Made by a program: the position numbers and the translations under genes. The notes beneath the pieces were generated by a model. The model was given only the letters and a program-made list of their open reading frames with translations. It had not been told where the DNA came from and made no database searches. From the NCBI GenBank assembly GCA_002269645.1, contig NIVC01002782.1, positions 33,466 to 97,465 on the forward strand: a stretch of DNA of 64,000 nt, in the 5' to 3' direction. Source of the DNA: Macrostomum lignano. Its lineage: Eukaryota. Numbering within the stretch: the first letter of the stretch is position 1; each line of letters starts with the position of its first letter. Shown one piece after another: positions 36,781-64,000 of the stretch.

Positions 36781-37224
36781 TGACGGTTTCAGGGTAAAAG
36801 TTTTGAGACAGAGGCTGACGCAGAGTGACAGGGAGACAGAGGATGGCACAGTGACAGGTTTTAAAACTAGAGATTAAATTAAGAGGGACAATTCATGACA
36901 GGTGTTTATTGCAACAGTTTTAATCATGTTATGATAATAGTATTTGAAATTTTACTTAAGTCACTTTGCCAATAAAGATACCAAATGAAATAATAAATTA
37001 TTTGGCGCAGGTGACGTTCAGGGTACATGTGCCAAATTATTCAGCTGGTGATATGCAAAAACCTTATTCGCAAGGTGCTAATTAGCTAGCAATAAATTTT
37101 ACATTTTATGAATTCAAAATTTTATTCAAGACCTGAATGCACGTTTGAGCCATTGAAGTTTATAGTCCTAGTTTTTTACTTTGTGACCTTAAGTGACCCG
37201 AGCAGACGAGGAACTTGGATGACC

Positions 37225-37905
37225 TCATATGACCTCAGATAACCATTGTTCAATGACCTCAGATAACCATTGTTCAATGATCTCAGATAACCATTGTTCA
37301 ATGACCTCAGATAACCATTGTTCAATGACCTCAGATAACCATTGTTCAATGACCTCAGATAACCTTTGTTCAATGATCTCAGATAACCATTGTTCAATGA
37401 TCTCAGATAACCATTGTTCAATGACCTCAGATAACCATTGTTCAATGACCTCAGATAACCATTGTTCAATGACCTCAGATAACCATTGTTCAATGATCTC
37501 AGATAACCATTATTCAATGACCTCAGATAACCATTGTTCAATGACCTCAGATAACCATTGTTCAATGATCTCAGATAACCATTGTTCAATGACCTCAGAT
37601 AACCTTTGTTCAATGACCTCAGATAACCATTGTTCAATGATCTCAGATAACCATTGTTCAATGATCTCAGATAACCATTGTTCAATGACCTCAGATAACC
37701 ATTGTTCAATGACCTCAGATAACCTTTGTTCAATGACCTCAGATAACCATTGTTCGATGACCTCAGATAACCTTTGTTCAATGATCTCAGATAACCATTG
37801 TTCAATGACCTCAGATAACCATTGTTCAATGACCTCAGATAACCATTGTTCAATGATCTCAGATAACCATTGTTCAATGATCTCAGATAACCATTGTTCA
37901 ATGAC
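37225..37905. repeat. 24-bp minisatellite (ATGACCTCAGATAACCATTGTTCA), about 28 copies
   Basis: Head-to-tail with no spacers. Confidence 0.95.
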
Positions 37906-39160
37906 CCAAATTGAACGCAAAGAACCAATATTAAAATATTTACGCTAGCATACTCACCAAAGTTGTAATAAATCCTCGAGTCGAGCAAACAGAAATCTAT
38001 GCGCAATTTGTTGTTCAATTATGAATGTTGCTCAGCAGTCAGTTGCTCAAACTGTCAGTTAAATATTTCCCCCAGAACCCTCTTGTTATCCTATTTTCAG
38101 GACTCAAGTCCAATGCCTCCAGCTCAATATTGGCTGCTCAATCTGTCCCATAGCCATGCGGCATTGAAGGAAAACATGCAAATCTAATAACCGGCGTCTG
38201 TCTTTGATGTCAGACCAGTTGCTTCTGACAGGCCCTCCTCCCAGGAATTATGTTCCTGTGATGAAGCTTGGCCCTGCAACTGGGATACCAACCCTGCAGT
38301 CTTTGAACTGTTTTTGGCAGCCCCCCTCCTTTGTCTGTCAGTTTTACTTTGAAAAATAAAGTTGAAGAAATTTTGTGACAAAATTATTTTGGTTGCTGGG
38401 GTTGCACGTCGTGATATTGATAGGCCTGGAGAGTGTACTTGGAGTACAGTATTCGCGCGCTTCTATGTGTAGGTGCCCCAGCTACATGTAAGAATTGAAT
38501 CTGGATCGAAGCAATTTATCTTCTGGGTTCTTCAATTCATTTTCTAAAAAAGGTTCTCGAACAGTGGTAGTAAAGGTAATTTGCTCGAGGAACTGCAGGA
38601 GGGGCCCATAAATTTTCGTCATCCCCATCTGAGTTCCGGGCTTCCGAGCCAGAATTCGCAGGAAAATTCGTCTGACACTGCAGGCCCTCTGCATGCTTTC
38701 TGCGGGATCGCAGCTGGGCAGGAATTGAGAACGCTGCTGGCGGAATATAAGAGGGAAATGTCGAGTTAATCCTTCTCTTCCAAAGAAGAGGTCTCCAATT
38801 TCTGGAGCATTTTCCTGTCGCGGTGCATTTTTTATTCCTCACTCGCTGAGAGAATCGCCGACTCGCTTACGCAGCCTTGCTTTAAGGCAAATTGCTTCAT
38901 TTTCCAGCGCTACTTCCAGCGCATTTAGCGCTTAGGCACTTAGACAACAACAGCTCAGACTGCAATTGAGTCTGTCGAAGGGTATATAGGTACTATTCTA
39001 TAAATTGAGAAATGAGGAATGCTTTTAATTCAAGAAATCGAAATAGTACAACAAAGACCACTGAATGGAATATATCGGTAATAATAGAACAAAGCTCCGC
39101 TTGGGTGAAGGCTTGACCAACGAAGTCAGAACTGATTCAGAAAGACAGAGTATAATGGTT

Positions 39161-39272
39161 GGTTATTCGTAAGTGAGACTTTAGGATAATAGTCCTATGC
39201 TCTCGATTGGAGCCAGTAAGTGGCATAGGAAAAAGCCGGACTATTATCCTAAAGTCTCACTAACGAATAACC
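39161..39272. repeat. 35-bp inverted repeat (34/35 identical) around a 42-nt loop
   Basis: GGTTATTCGTAAGTGAGACTTTAGGATAATAGTCC (39161-39195) matches the reverse complement of 39238-39272. Confidence 0.95.
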
Positions 39273-39486
39273 GCATTGTCGAATTTCAGTAGGGCCATAG
39301 ACAAAAAGGGCATCGAAAGGAGAGAGGGGTTACCGAGGAGAGAGAGACATAAAGACTGAGGTGGTTTACTGGAGTTTGGGCCATAGACAACGAAGTTGCA
39401 AACAGGCCGGGGGTTAAGAGGGTGGAAAGGAAGGAGATGTGGAGAGAAAGAGAGAATAAAACGTAAATAGCTACATTCGCTTGGCC

Positions 39487-40890
39487 ATGGAGAACCAGAC
39501 GTCATATCCGATCAACTGGGACAATCTGCCTGTCGAAAGTTTAGCCAACGTATCTAGCAGCGAACTCAATTGGATCTCAAGACTTTCCACATCTCAGAAG
39601 GACATGAAGGATGACGAAGACTTTTTGAACTTCTTGCACTTTCTTGAGAGCGGTAATACTGCCGATGATTTGCCTCTGCTACCGGCCGAGGATGATGCTC
39701 CAGCTAAAGAGGATGGAGAGAATGAAACTGAGCCGAAACGAGTTCCTTTGGATATGCAAGAGGCAATGACGAAAGATGAAATAGTGAGCCTACCAACCAA
39801 GACGCGAGAGCAGATGATTGCTCATGGTAACGGTTTTGTGCAGTTCCTTCGCGAACATGGAGCTGCTGTTCATGAATTGAGTCGTGTTGAGATGTGTGAG
39901 TTTCTTAGGTATTACTACTACCAATTGCGTCGCCATGATGGCGGTCCATACTCGCCTGCAAGTCTTGTGTGCATCCGCGCCGGGATACAGCGCTTTCTGA
40001 CTATGGTGGCTGGATTAACGATCAACATTATCGATGGTGAGGAATTCATTCTAGCGAATAGAATACTCCGAATGAAAGTCAGGGAATGGCACAACTCCGG
40101 CGGTCAGGTTCGATCATATCCGCCAATCGAGGAGGGTGATATGGAGAAGCTACGGACGTATTTCGACAGATCAAGTGCAGAGACCACTCAGGATGAGTTT
40201 CTATTTCGCGTTATGTACGGCCTAGGAGAACGAGGAAGGGAACATCTGGAGTCGATTGAATCCAAGAAGTGGTTGGTGAAGCGCGAAGACTCGGATGGAA
40301 GACCGTACTACGCATTGCCTGTACTGAATTCCAAAAACAAGTCTGCCGATCCCAATCGAGCCAAGCGTGACATCGACGTAAAGCAGGCGAGAATCTACGA
40401 TGTTGGAATTGTGGACGACTACATGGCTATATTACCAACGGAGACGAAGAACAACTCATTGTTTCCCAGGCCACTGAAGAATGCAGGAGGCACCAGACGA
40501 TTTTGCTTGAAGCAGAAACGAGGAATAAATTACCTGAGGACTTTCATGAAGGCGCTGAGCAAAAAAGCGAAGCTGTCTAAGGAATACACCAATCATAGCA
40601 TTCGGTGAGTCAGTTGGTCGGGGAAGTGCATGTGATGTTTTCAACTTGTGTCTGATTGAGTCTAATTTACAGTTCAATTGCTCAATTGTTCTAGACTTAG
40701 CAGAGTGTGTGACCTGGAATCGGCTGGGCATTCGATGAGCGAGATCATGGCTATCACGGGTCAAAAGTCCGAGAGCACGGTCCGGCGCTACCTGGCAGTT
40801 AAACGGGACAAGTCCCTGCAACAATGCAGCGATGCAGTTGAACATGGGACAAAGCGCCGCGACCCACGGTCAAGTAACAATGCCTGCTGA
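39487..40890 (+). CDS. Crypton-like tyrosine recombinase; exons 39487-40604 and 40695-40890 (apparent frameshift; the +1 frame continues to 41008)
   Basis: gccATGg start; YSPASLVCIRAGIQRFL, GLGERGREHL (catalytic Arg), SKN (Lys), NHSIR|LSRVCDL (HxxR joined across a 90-nt phase-2 GT-AG intron), ITGQKS...RRY (Tyr nucleophile). Confidence 0.85.
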
Positions 40891-42309
40891 CATCAGCATC
40901 CAAAGTTCCATCGTGCAAGAAGCAGTGAGCGTGTCTGATGGTCGTCAGATGAACGGTCGGAATATCTTTATTATGAACAACTGCACTTTCAACAATTGCT
41001 ATCTGTAATGGTCTTCGGCACTATGACAATCGCGCCATATTGATACTGCACTATATATTAACTTTCCATAGCGCTAATCTTTTGTTGTTGGTGTTTGCTG
41101 TTTTGTTCTAAAAATAGGCGTCCATTATCCCGAGTTCGAAATCATTATCCTGAAGTTTAAGTGAAAAAATAAATGGAATGTGCTCATGGTTTAACCATCG
41201 ACGATTGCATTATCCTAAAGGCTGATTTTTGACAATGCCATAGACTCACTAAACAGTAACAGAACGAAAGTTAAGCGAAGCCCAAGTGACATAATATACA
41301 ACATAGACAGAAAAACAACAATGCATTAAAGCTATAGGCTGAGCTCTACTGCACAACAGTAAAAAATAATCTGGCTTTACCATCTAAATACAAAGAATGA
41401 TAACTGTGCTTAAATTTACAATTTTATTCAATAGTCACACGTGCAAGTTTTTTTTTTAGCTCGTACCGTTGACTAGCCAATAACGCCGAGAAAGATTAGA
41501 TCCTTCGGTAATTACAATGAACAAAAATACTGTTTGACAATATATTAGGCTTCATGCGTAATATTTATGTTTAATTAGTAAAACAAAAATTATGTGTTGC
41601 ATCTGATATCATCTCAGGCGTCTAGTACTGAAAAGTTTTAATATTTTTATTTTACTTAACCCAATTTAAGAAATTTAGAATGAACTTTCTCGGTAATTTA
41701 TCGCGCTGCTGTTTAATTTTATCTAACAATTATCGTCCTGTCGCGTTTCGTATTCAAGTGCAGTCGCGTGCAATCTCGACTTAACGAGTAAAAACATTTG
41801 GATTACTAGGTATTATCTGCATCGTCGATAATAGCATATTTTTTTGCCAGCCATTGGGCGTTAATAGTATATTTTCGAGCTAATTCACAAATGTTGTGCA
41901 TAAACAATTGGCTGCATTTTTATTTTCGATTTCATCTGAATTTAGCCTTTTCACAGAAGCTCAAATGTAAAATTAGAAATAAAACTGAGAGCTTTTTAAC
42001 TTCATATCATATATCTTAATACCTGAATCTACAGATATACAGATATCTACCATATTCCATTTGTAACCTGTTTTTTTATTATTGTCGGAATTTAGAAACA
42101 TTTTAGAAAATATAACATAATGCTTAAATTGTTAAAATTGCTTTTGGATTTTAATTTAATTTTCATTCAATCTTGTCACTTTAATTCAGACTTTATATTT
42201 ACTATCTCTTGCCATAAGATCATTATTTCAGTAAAATGATCATGCTGCTTTGATAATAAATGTTTCTATTTGAGAACTTTCAAAAATTTATATTTTTTAA
42301 TTTTGTAAG

Positions 42310-43018
42310 CAAGGACTACTCAAGTGGGACGAAAAAGAACGTTTTTTAGAAAATTTAGGAGGCAGATTTTATAGAAAAAATACGTTGCGGAGATAGGAGG
42401 TTTTCATTTTTTAGAACAAAAAATTCTTAGAAGATTGCTTTTAATAGAAGGCAGACCCAGTTTTCATCTTTTGATATGTCTTGACTTTCTTATAGATCTA
42501 TTGATATTCATAAAGCTTTTCATTTATAAAATTAAGATTCTATGTTAATTTACATTAAGATTAACATCCTAATTAACATTAAGATTCTATGTTAATTTTA
42601 TAATGTACGTACGTTTTATGAATCCATTGTATCATTCTGTAAAAGTTTTATTACACAGTCATTATTCTAGAAATCATAAAATAGATTAATCAAATGAATG
42701 AGTGTAGCTATAATGCCATTTTTGCGATTTTCAGCCGCAGAACATGTGCAATTAATTATACGTTGGATATAAAATTAACATAGAATCCTAATTTTTTAAA
42801 CGAAAAAACTTTATGAATATCAATAGCCAGCTATAAAGAGAAGCCAGACGTAGCAAAATATGACCATTAGGTTTCCCTTCTATATCAAACGCGAAAAAAA
42901 TGATTTTTTGTTGAAAAATGAAAACCTCCTATTTCGTAATGCATTATTTCGGTAAAACCTGCCACGTAAAATTTTCCGAGAAACGTACTTTTCCGTCCTT
43001 CTACCTAAGTAGTCCTTG
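42310..43018. mobile_element. 709-bp foldback element of the same family as the 33.1-kb MITE
   Basis: Ends CAAGGACTAC...GTAGTCCTTG; both roughly 220-bp arms are homologous to the MITE interior (CTTTATGAATATCAATAG motif in opposite orientations); TTTGTAA is duplicated at 42302-42308 and 43019-43025. Confidence 0.75.
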
Positions 43019-43372
43019 TTTGTAACAATTTCAGTGCATCGAATAATCATATTTTGTTTTGAGTTTTCAACAAAAAAGTCGTCAGAAACACTTGTACACA
43101 TGTATTAAAAATGTGTTTAATAATTCTAACTTTTTTCATTATTTCAGTAAAATCCTCGCACTCAAATTTCGAAGGGTTCACAGATCTCCATGATTTTCCT
43201 CCTCAAGGAAGGATCCTACTAAATTTCCTTTTTCGGTTTTAAGAATCCACTGCGCCTCCAGATGCTGATTTCGGGCCCGACTTTTGGCGAGATCTTCTCG
43301 TCCGAGTTTGTTAAGCGCAATCTATATTGATGCTCTCAACAGCTCAAAATAGCGGCAAGCGTCGCATTTGTT

Positions 43373-43414
43373 GTTTCTATGGCAACAACCCAACGACATC
43401 GTCGCCATGGAAAC
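43373..43414. promoter_or_regulatory. Paired RFX X-box motifs
   Basis: GTTTCTATGGCAAC (43373-43386) and GTCGCCATGGAAAC (43401-43414) fit GTNNCYATRGNAAC. Confidence 0.45.
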
Positions 43415-43604
43415 GAAGACGATTAGACGGCAGACTTTCGCAAACAACTCCTGAACCAGCGTGCGACCACGGATTTCGTCAGTCTCTGGTAAATATTTGG
43501 AGGTTTTGATTGCAGAAGAAATCGAATATTGCATTAAGAATAAAAAATTTGTTACTTCATCTCTAACCAAATCATTTGTAAGTCACATACTTCGTAGGCT
43601 ACTA

Positions 43605-44585
43605 GACCAACTGACCCACAGAATCCTCATTAATCCACAGATTCCTGGACCCACTGACCCACAGATTCCTAAATTCAGTGACGCACAAATTCCTAAACTC
43701 ACTGACCCACAGATTCCCTAAACTCTCTGACCCACAGAATCCTAAACTCACTGACCCACAGAATCCAAAACTCACTGACCCACAGAATCCAAAACTCACT
43801 GACCCACAGATTTCTAAACTCACTGACCCACAGATTTCTAAACTCTCTGACCCACAAAATCCTAGACTCACTGACCCACAGATTTCTAAACTCTCTGACC
43901 CACAAAATCCTAGACTCTCTGACCCACAGATTCCTAAACTCTCTGACCCACAGATTTCTAAACTCTCTGACCCACAAAATCCTAGACTCACTGACCCACA
44001 GAATCCTAAACTCACTGACCCACAGATTTCTAAACTCTCTGACCCACAAAATCCTAGACTCACTGACCCACAGATTTCTAAACTCTCTGACCCACAAAAT
44101 CCTAGACTCACTGACCCACAGATTCCTAAACTCACTGACCCACAGATTTCTAAACTCACTGACCCACAGATTTCTAAACTCTCTGACCCACAAAATCCTA
44201 GACTCACTGACCAAAAAATTCCTAAACTCTCTGACCCACAGAATCCTAAACTCACTGACCCACAGATTTCTAAACTCACTGACCCACAGATTTCTAAACT
44301 CACTGACCCACAGATTTCTAAACTCACTGACCCACAGATTTCTAAACTCTCTGACCCACAAAATCCTAGACTCACTGACCCACAGATTCCTAAATTCTCT
44401 GACCCACAGAATCCTAAACTCACTGACCCACAGAATCCTAAACTCTCTGACCCACAAAATCCTAAACTCTCTGACCCACAGATTCCTAAACTCTCTGACC
44501 CACAAAATCCTAAACTCTCTGACCCACAGATTCCTAAACTCTCTGACCCACAAATTCCTAAACTCTCTGACCCACAGATTCCCTA
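43605..44585. repeat. 24-bp minisatellite (CTCACTGACCCACAGATTTCTAAA)
   Basis: Read directly. Confidence 0.95.
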
Positions 44586-45204
44586 ACCTAAAATATCGTT
44601 TACAATATTAAGAATTTTAAGAATGAAAAATATTATTGTTAATCCGCACTAATTTGCAAAAGCAAAATGGACTCTAATTATTAATTCAAGCTTAGCAGCG
44701 GCATTCTACTCTCAATGATGTCCACTTTTTTCAACAAAGCAACAAGAGGGTCACGAGTTGCCGCAGTTTTTGCTATTCTCTATTCATCAAGCAGAATTGG
44801 GACCCATTGTTGCTTGATGCATCTTTTGAGTCCAAACTTGGGCCAGGCCTCCAGCCTCTCCTTCCGAGCGATGTCTCTTCGCAGCAATAAACCATAAATG
44901 ACTCCCTTCTCTCCCCCCTCTGCCTCTCTCTCTGTGTATGTAATTCTTAGCCAATTTTTCAACTCAACGATCGAGCAGGTGCATTATGAAGGGCGAGGTC
45001 CATTGTGATGCCCACTCTGCCGGGCTACCCGCAGAGAAAGGCGACGACATTCCCAGCGGTGTTTCTCTGTAGCAAAAAAGACTTAAATAAGAAAACTGCC
45101 CCGGGGCCTGAGCTCTGACCGCTGATAGAACGGCGCTTGGCGCAGAGTTAAAAATATTTTTTGTCGCAGCAACTTTCATCCAAACGGCATGGTACCTTCT
45201 TAAG

Positions 45205-61501
<16,297 letters not shown>

Positions 61502-61524
61502 GTGAGTGGTCTGCGGGGGAGAGA

Positions 61525-62050
61525 ATCGTCTCTTAAAATCTCTGCTGAGAATCGCCTTTAGGAATCTCCGCCGAGAATCGCCTTTAAGAATCTCTGCTGA
61601 GAATCACCTTTAAGAATCTCTGCTGAGAATCACCTTTAAGAATCTCTGCTGAGAATCACCTTTAAGAATCTCTGCTGAGAATCACCTTTAAGAATCTCTG
61701 CTGAGAATCACCTTTAAGAATCTCTGCTGAGAATCACCTTTAAGAATCTCTGCTGAGAATCACCTTTAAGAATCTCTGCTGAAAATCACCTTTAAGAATC
61801 TCTGCTGAGAGTTCCATTTCGAAATTTCTGCAGAGAATTGCTCCTAGAAATCTCTTCTCTGCTGAGAATCGCTCCTAGAAATCTCTTCTCTGCTGAGAAT
61901 CGCTCCTAGAAATCTCTTCTCTGCTGAGAATCGCTCCTAGAAATCTCTTCTCTGCTGAGAATCGCTCCTAGAAATCTCTTCTCTGTTGAGAATCGCTCCT
62001 AGAAATCTCTTCTCTGCTGAGAATCGCTCCTAAAAACCTCGTCTCTGCTG
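61525..62050. repeat. 26-bp then 31-bp related minisatellites (AAGAATCTCTGCTGAGAATCACCTTT; AGAAATCTCTTCTCTGCTGAGAATCGCTCCT)
   Basis: Read directly. Confidence 0.95.
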
Positions 62051-62754
62051 GGAATCAATGCTACCCCCTCTAGTGGCCTTAGGCTTGGAGTTTTGTCATT
62101 TACGCTTATGCACATGTACATGTACTCATTACAGTGTACAATATAGAGTACACAGTACTGTATAGAGCAGAAATATGGAGGACCAAGGTACACTCGGCAA
62201 ATAACAAACTGGCAAATGCAAGGTTCCCAGTCTCTGGCCCGGCCTAGCCAGGCGGGCCATTTTAAAGCTCTCAGCCAAATTTGCGACTGAAGGAGAGAAA
62301 ATGAAGGTGCAGTAAAAGCAAAGGTTTCTCTTAGCCTGGTAGGTATATAACCGTTATTATTTTAAGCGCAAACCTTCCGAACCATTCTTGGTTTTAGTCT
62401 TTTGTTCGTCTGCAACTATTTCTTCTTGCAAAAGAAACATTTGAGTTTTGATAATATAAATATAGTCTTAACAACATGCACGCGAGCACTTGCAACCATG
62501 GCTATTGAAGTTGGAGATTTCGAGGCCCCGAGGTTGCTGCTTTTTGCGACATGGCTTCTTTTGTAAGTTCGAAGTTGATCGAATTGAGTCGCTTCTTTGA
62601 GCTTGTGAAGAGTGGAGAGAGTTGGATGTGTGGAAGGGTAATCGGAAAATAGTAAAGTAGTGCAGTGTGGGCTGCATGTGAAGGAAATGAAGGAGGCGAA
62701 CAAAGGATTAAGGAGATCAAAAAGGGGAGTTGAGTGGTTGAACTGGAGAGATCC

Positions 62755-63600
62755 AGGGTGAGAGTGAGTGAAGCGATGTGAGAATAGGAAAGTGATAGAC
62801 TCAGGGTGTGAGTAGAGTAACTGAAGCGATAGAGTCAGTGTGAGAGTAGAGTGTAGAGATAGACTCAGGGTGAGAGTAGAGTGTAGAGATAGACTCAGGG
62901 TGAGAGCAGAGTGTAGCGATAGACTCAGGGTGAGAGCAGAGTGTAGCGATAGATCCAGGGTGAGAGTAGAGTGAGTGAAGCGATAGATCCAGGGTGAGAG
63001 TAGAGTTTAGCGATAGATCCAGGGTGAGAGTAGAGTGAGTGAAGCGATATATCCAGGGTGAGAGTAGAGTGAGTGAAGCGATAGATCCAGGGTGAGAGTA
63101 GAGTTTAGCGATAGATCCAGGGTGAGAGTAGAGTGAGTGAAGCGATAGATCCAGGGTGAGAGTAGAGTGAGTGAAGCGATAGATCCAGGGTGAGAGTAGA
63201 GTGTAGCGATAGATCCAGGGTGAGAGTAGAGTTTAGCGATAGATCCAGGGTGAGAGTAGAGTGAGTGAAGCGATAGATCCAGGGTGAGAGTAGAGTGAGT
63301 GAAGCGATAGATCCAGGGTGAGAGTAGAGTTTAGGGATAGATCCAGGGTGAGAGTAGAGTGAGTGAAGCGATAGATCCAGGGTGAGAGTAGAGTTTAGCG
63401 ATAGATCCAGGGTGAGAGTAGAGTTTAGCGATAGATCCAGGGTGAGAGTAGAGTGAGTGAAGCGATAGATCCAGGGTGAGAGTAGAGTGAGTGATGCGAT
63501 AGATTTGGGGTGATAGATTCAGAGTGATAGATCCAGGATGAGAGTAGAGTGTAGCGATAGATTTGGGGTGAGAGTAGAGTAGAGTACAGCGATAGATTAG
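62755..63600. repeat. About 29-34-bp minisatellite (GATAGATCCAGGGTGAGAGTAGAGT...)
   Basis: Read directly. Confidence 0.9.
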
Positions 63601-64000
63601 AGTTTATAGAGAGACATCAATGAGATGAATTGACAAAGTGCATAAAAAGTTCAGATACAGAACCCGCAGCCACTAAAAGGGCATAAGGCACTGCTAACGG
63701 TTCGATAGTTCGGTTTCTAAGCTAGAATGCTCAAAATCGTTTAGAAGTCTCTTAAGTCTCACACCGGTCAATGTTTAAAGGCCGAACTTCCTGTTAGCTA
63801 ATTTTTATGCGAGCAATATTTCTGCTCTAATTAGAAAACTGTGATTCATAATTTTCAAGATCATGCACAGCCTAATTGCGCAGCTTTCAAGTCAAGACGG
63901 CTTAAGTAATTAATTGCTTGTGTGGCTTGGTTTCCGGCATTGGTAATATTTAATAAACTCTCAAGGCTGCCTGGGTCCTCCGTTAGCTGGTCGCAAATAT

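Larger units (their letters stand above)
39161..41260 (+). mobile_element. Crypton-type (tyrosine recombinase) DNA transposon; boundaries approximate
   Basis: Encodes a DUF3504/Crypton-like recombinase; shared subterminal motifs (ATTATCCTAAAG, CTCACTAA, GCATTGTC..TCAG) sit in inverted arrangement at the two ends. Confidence 0.7.

Noticed and set aside
37225-37905. Regular 24-bp array that superficially resembles a CRISPR array
   Set aside because: Head-to-tail units with no unique spacers, no cas genes, eukaryotic context.
37957-38870. Possible minus-strand exons upstream of Tob (GTGAGT donor near 37956; SKTDRQRR... and TNFPANSG... segments)
   Set aside because: No consistent frame or homology; could be UTR exons or decayed sequence.

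Overview
Eukaryotic (metazoan) genomic DNA. GC-rich exons are separated by introns that nearly all carry their own micro- or minisatellite, an architecture typical of the flatworm Macrostomum (organism is inference only). I rebuilt gene models by hand from GT/AG sites and phase continuity. In order: (1) three tandem caspase-fold domains on the minus strand (4.8-10.3 kb), each lacking both catalytic His and Cys, with splice phases compatible with one triple-pseudocaspase transcript; (2) a compact MPHOSPH9-like coiled-coil gene (-); (3) a 7-exon ZNF106-like zinc finger/WD40 gene (+) with an intronless orphan class A GPCR and a CORE-SINE inside intron 4; (4) a Tob (BTG/Tob) gene (-); (5) a Crypton-type tyrosine recombinase element with a 35-bp hairpin at its left end; (6) two related TIR elements with apparent 7-bp TSDs; (7) a spectrin-repeat, Klarsicht/AKAP6-like gene (+) whose reading frame runs across a 6.9-kb intron containing the whole kinesin light chain CDS (-). 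I found no rRNA, true tRNA or CRISPR array. Most long ORFs in the supplied track are repeat artefacts.
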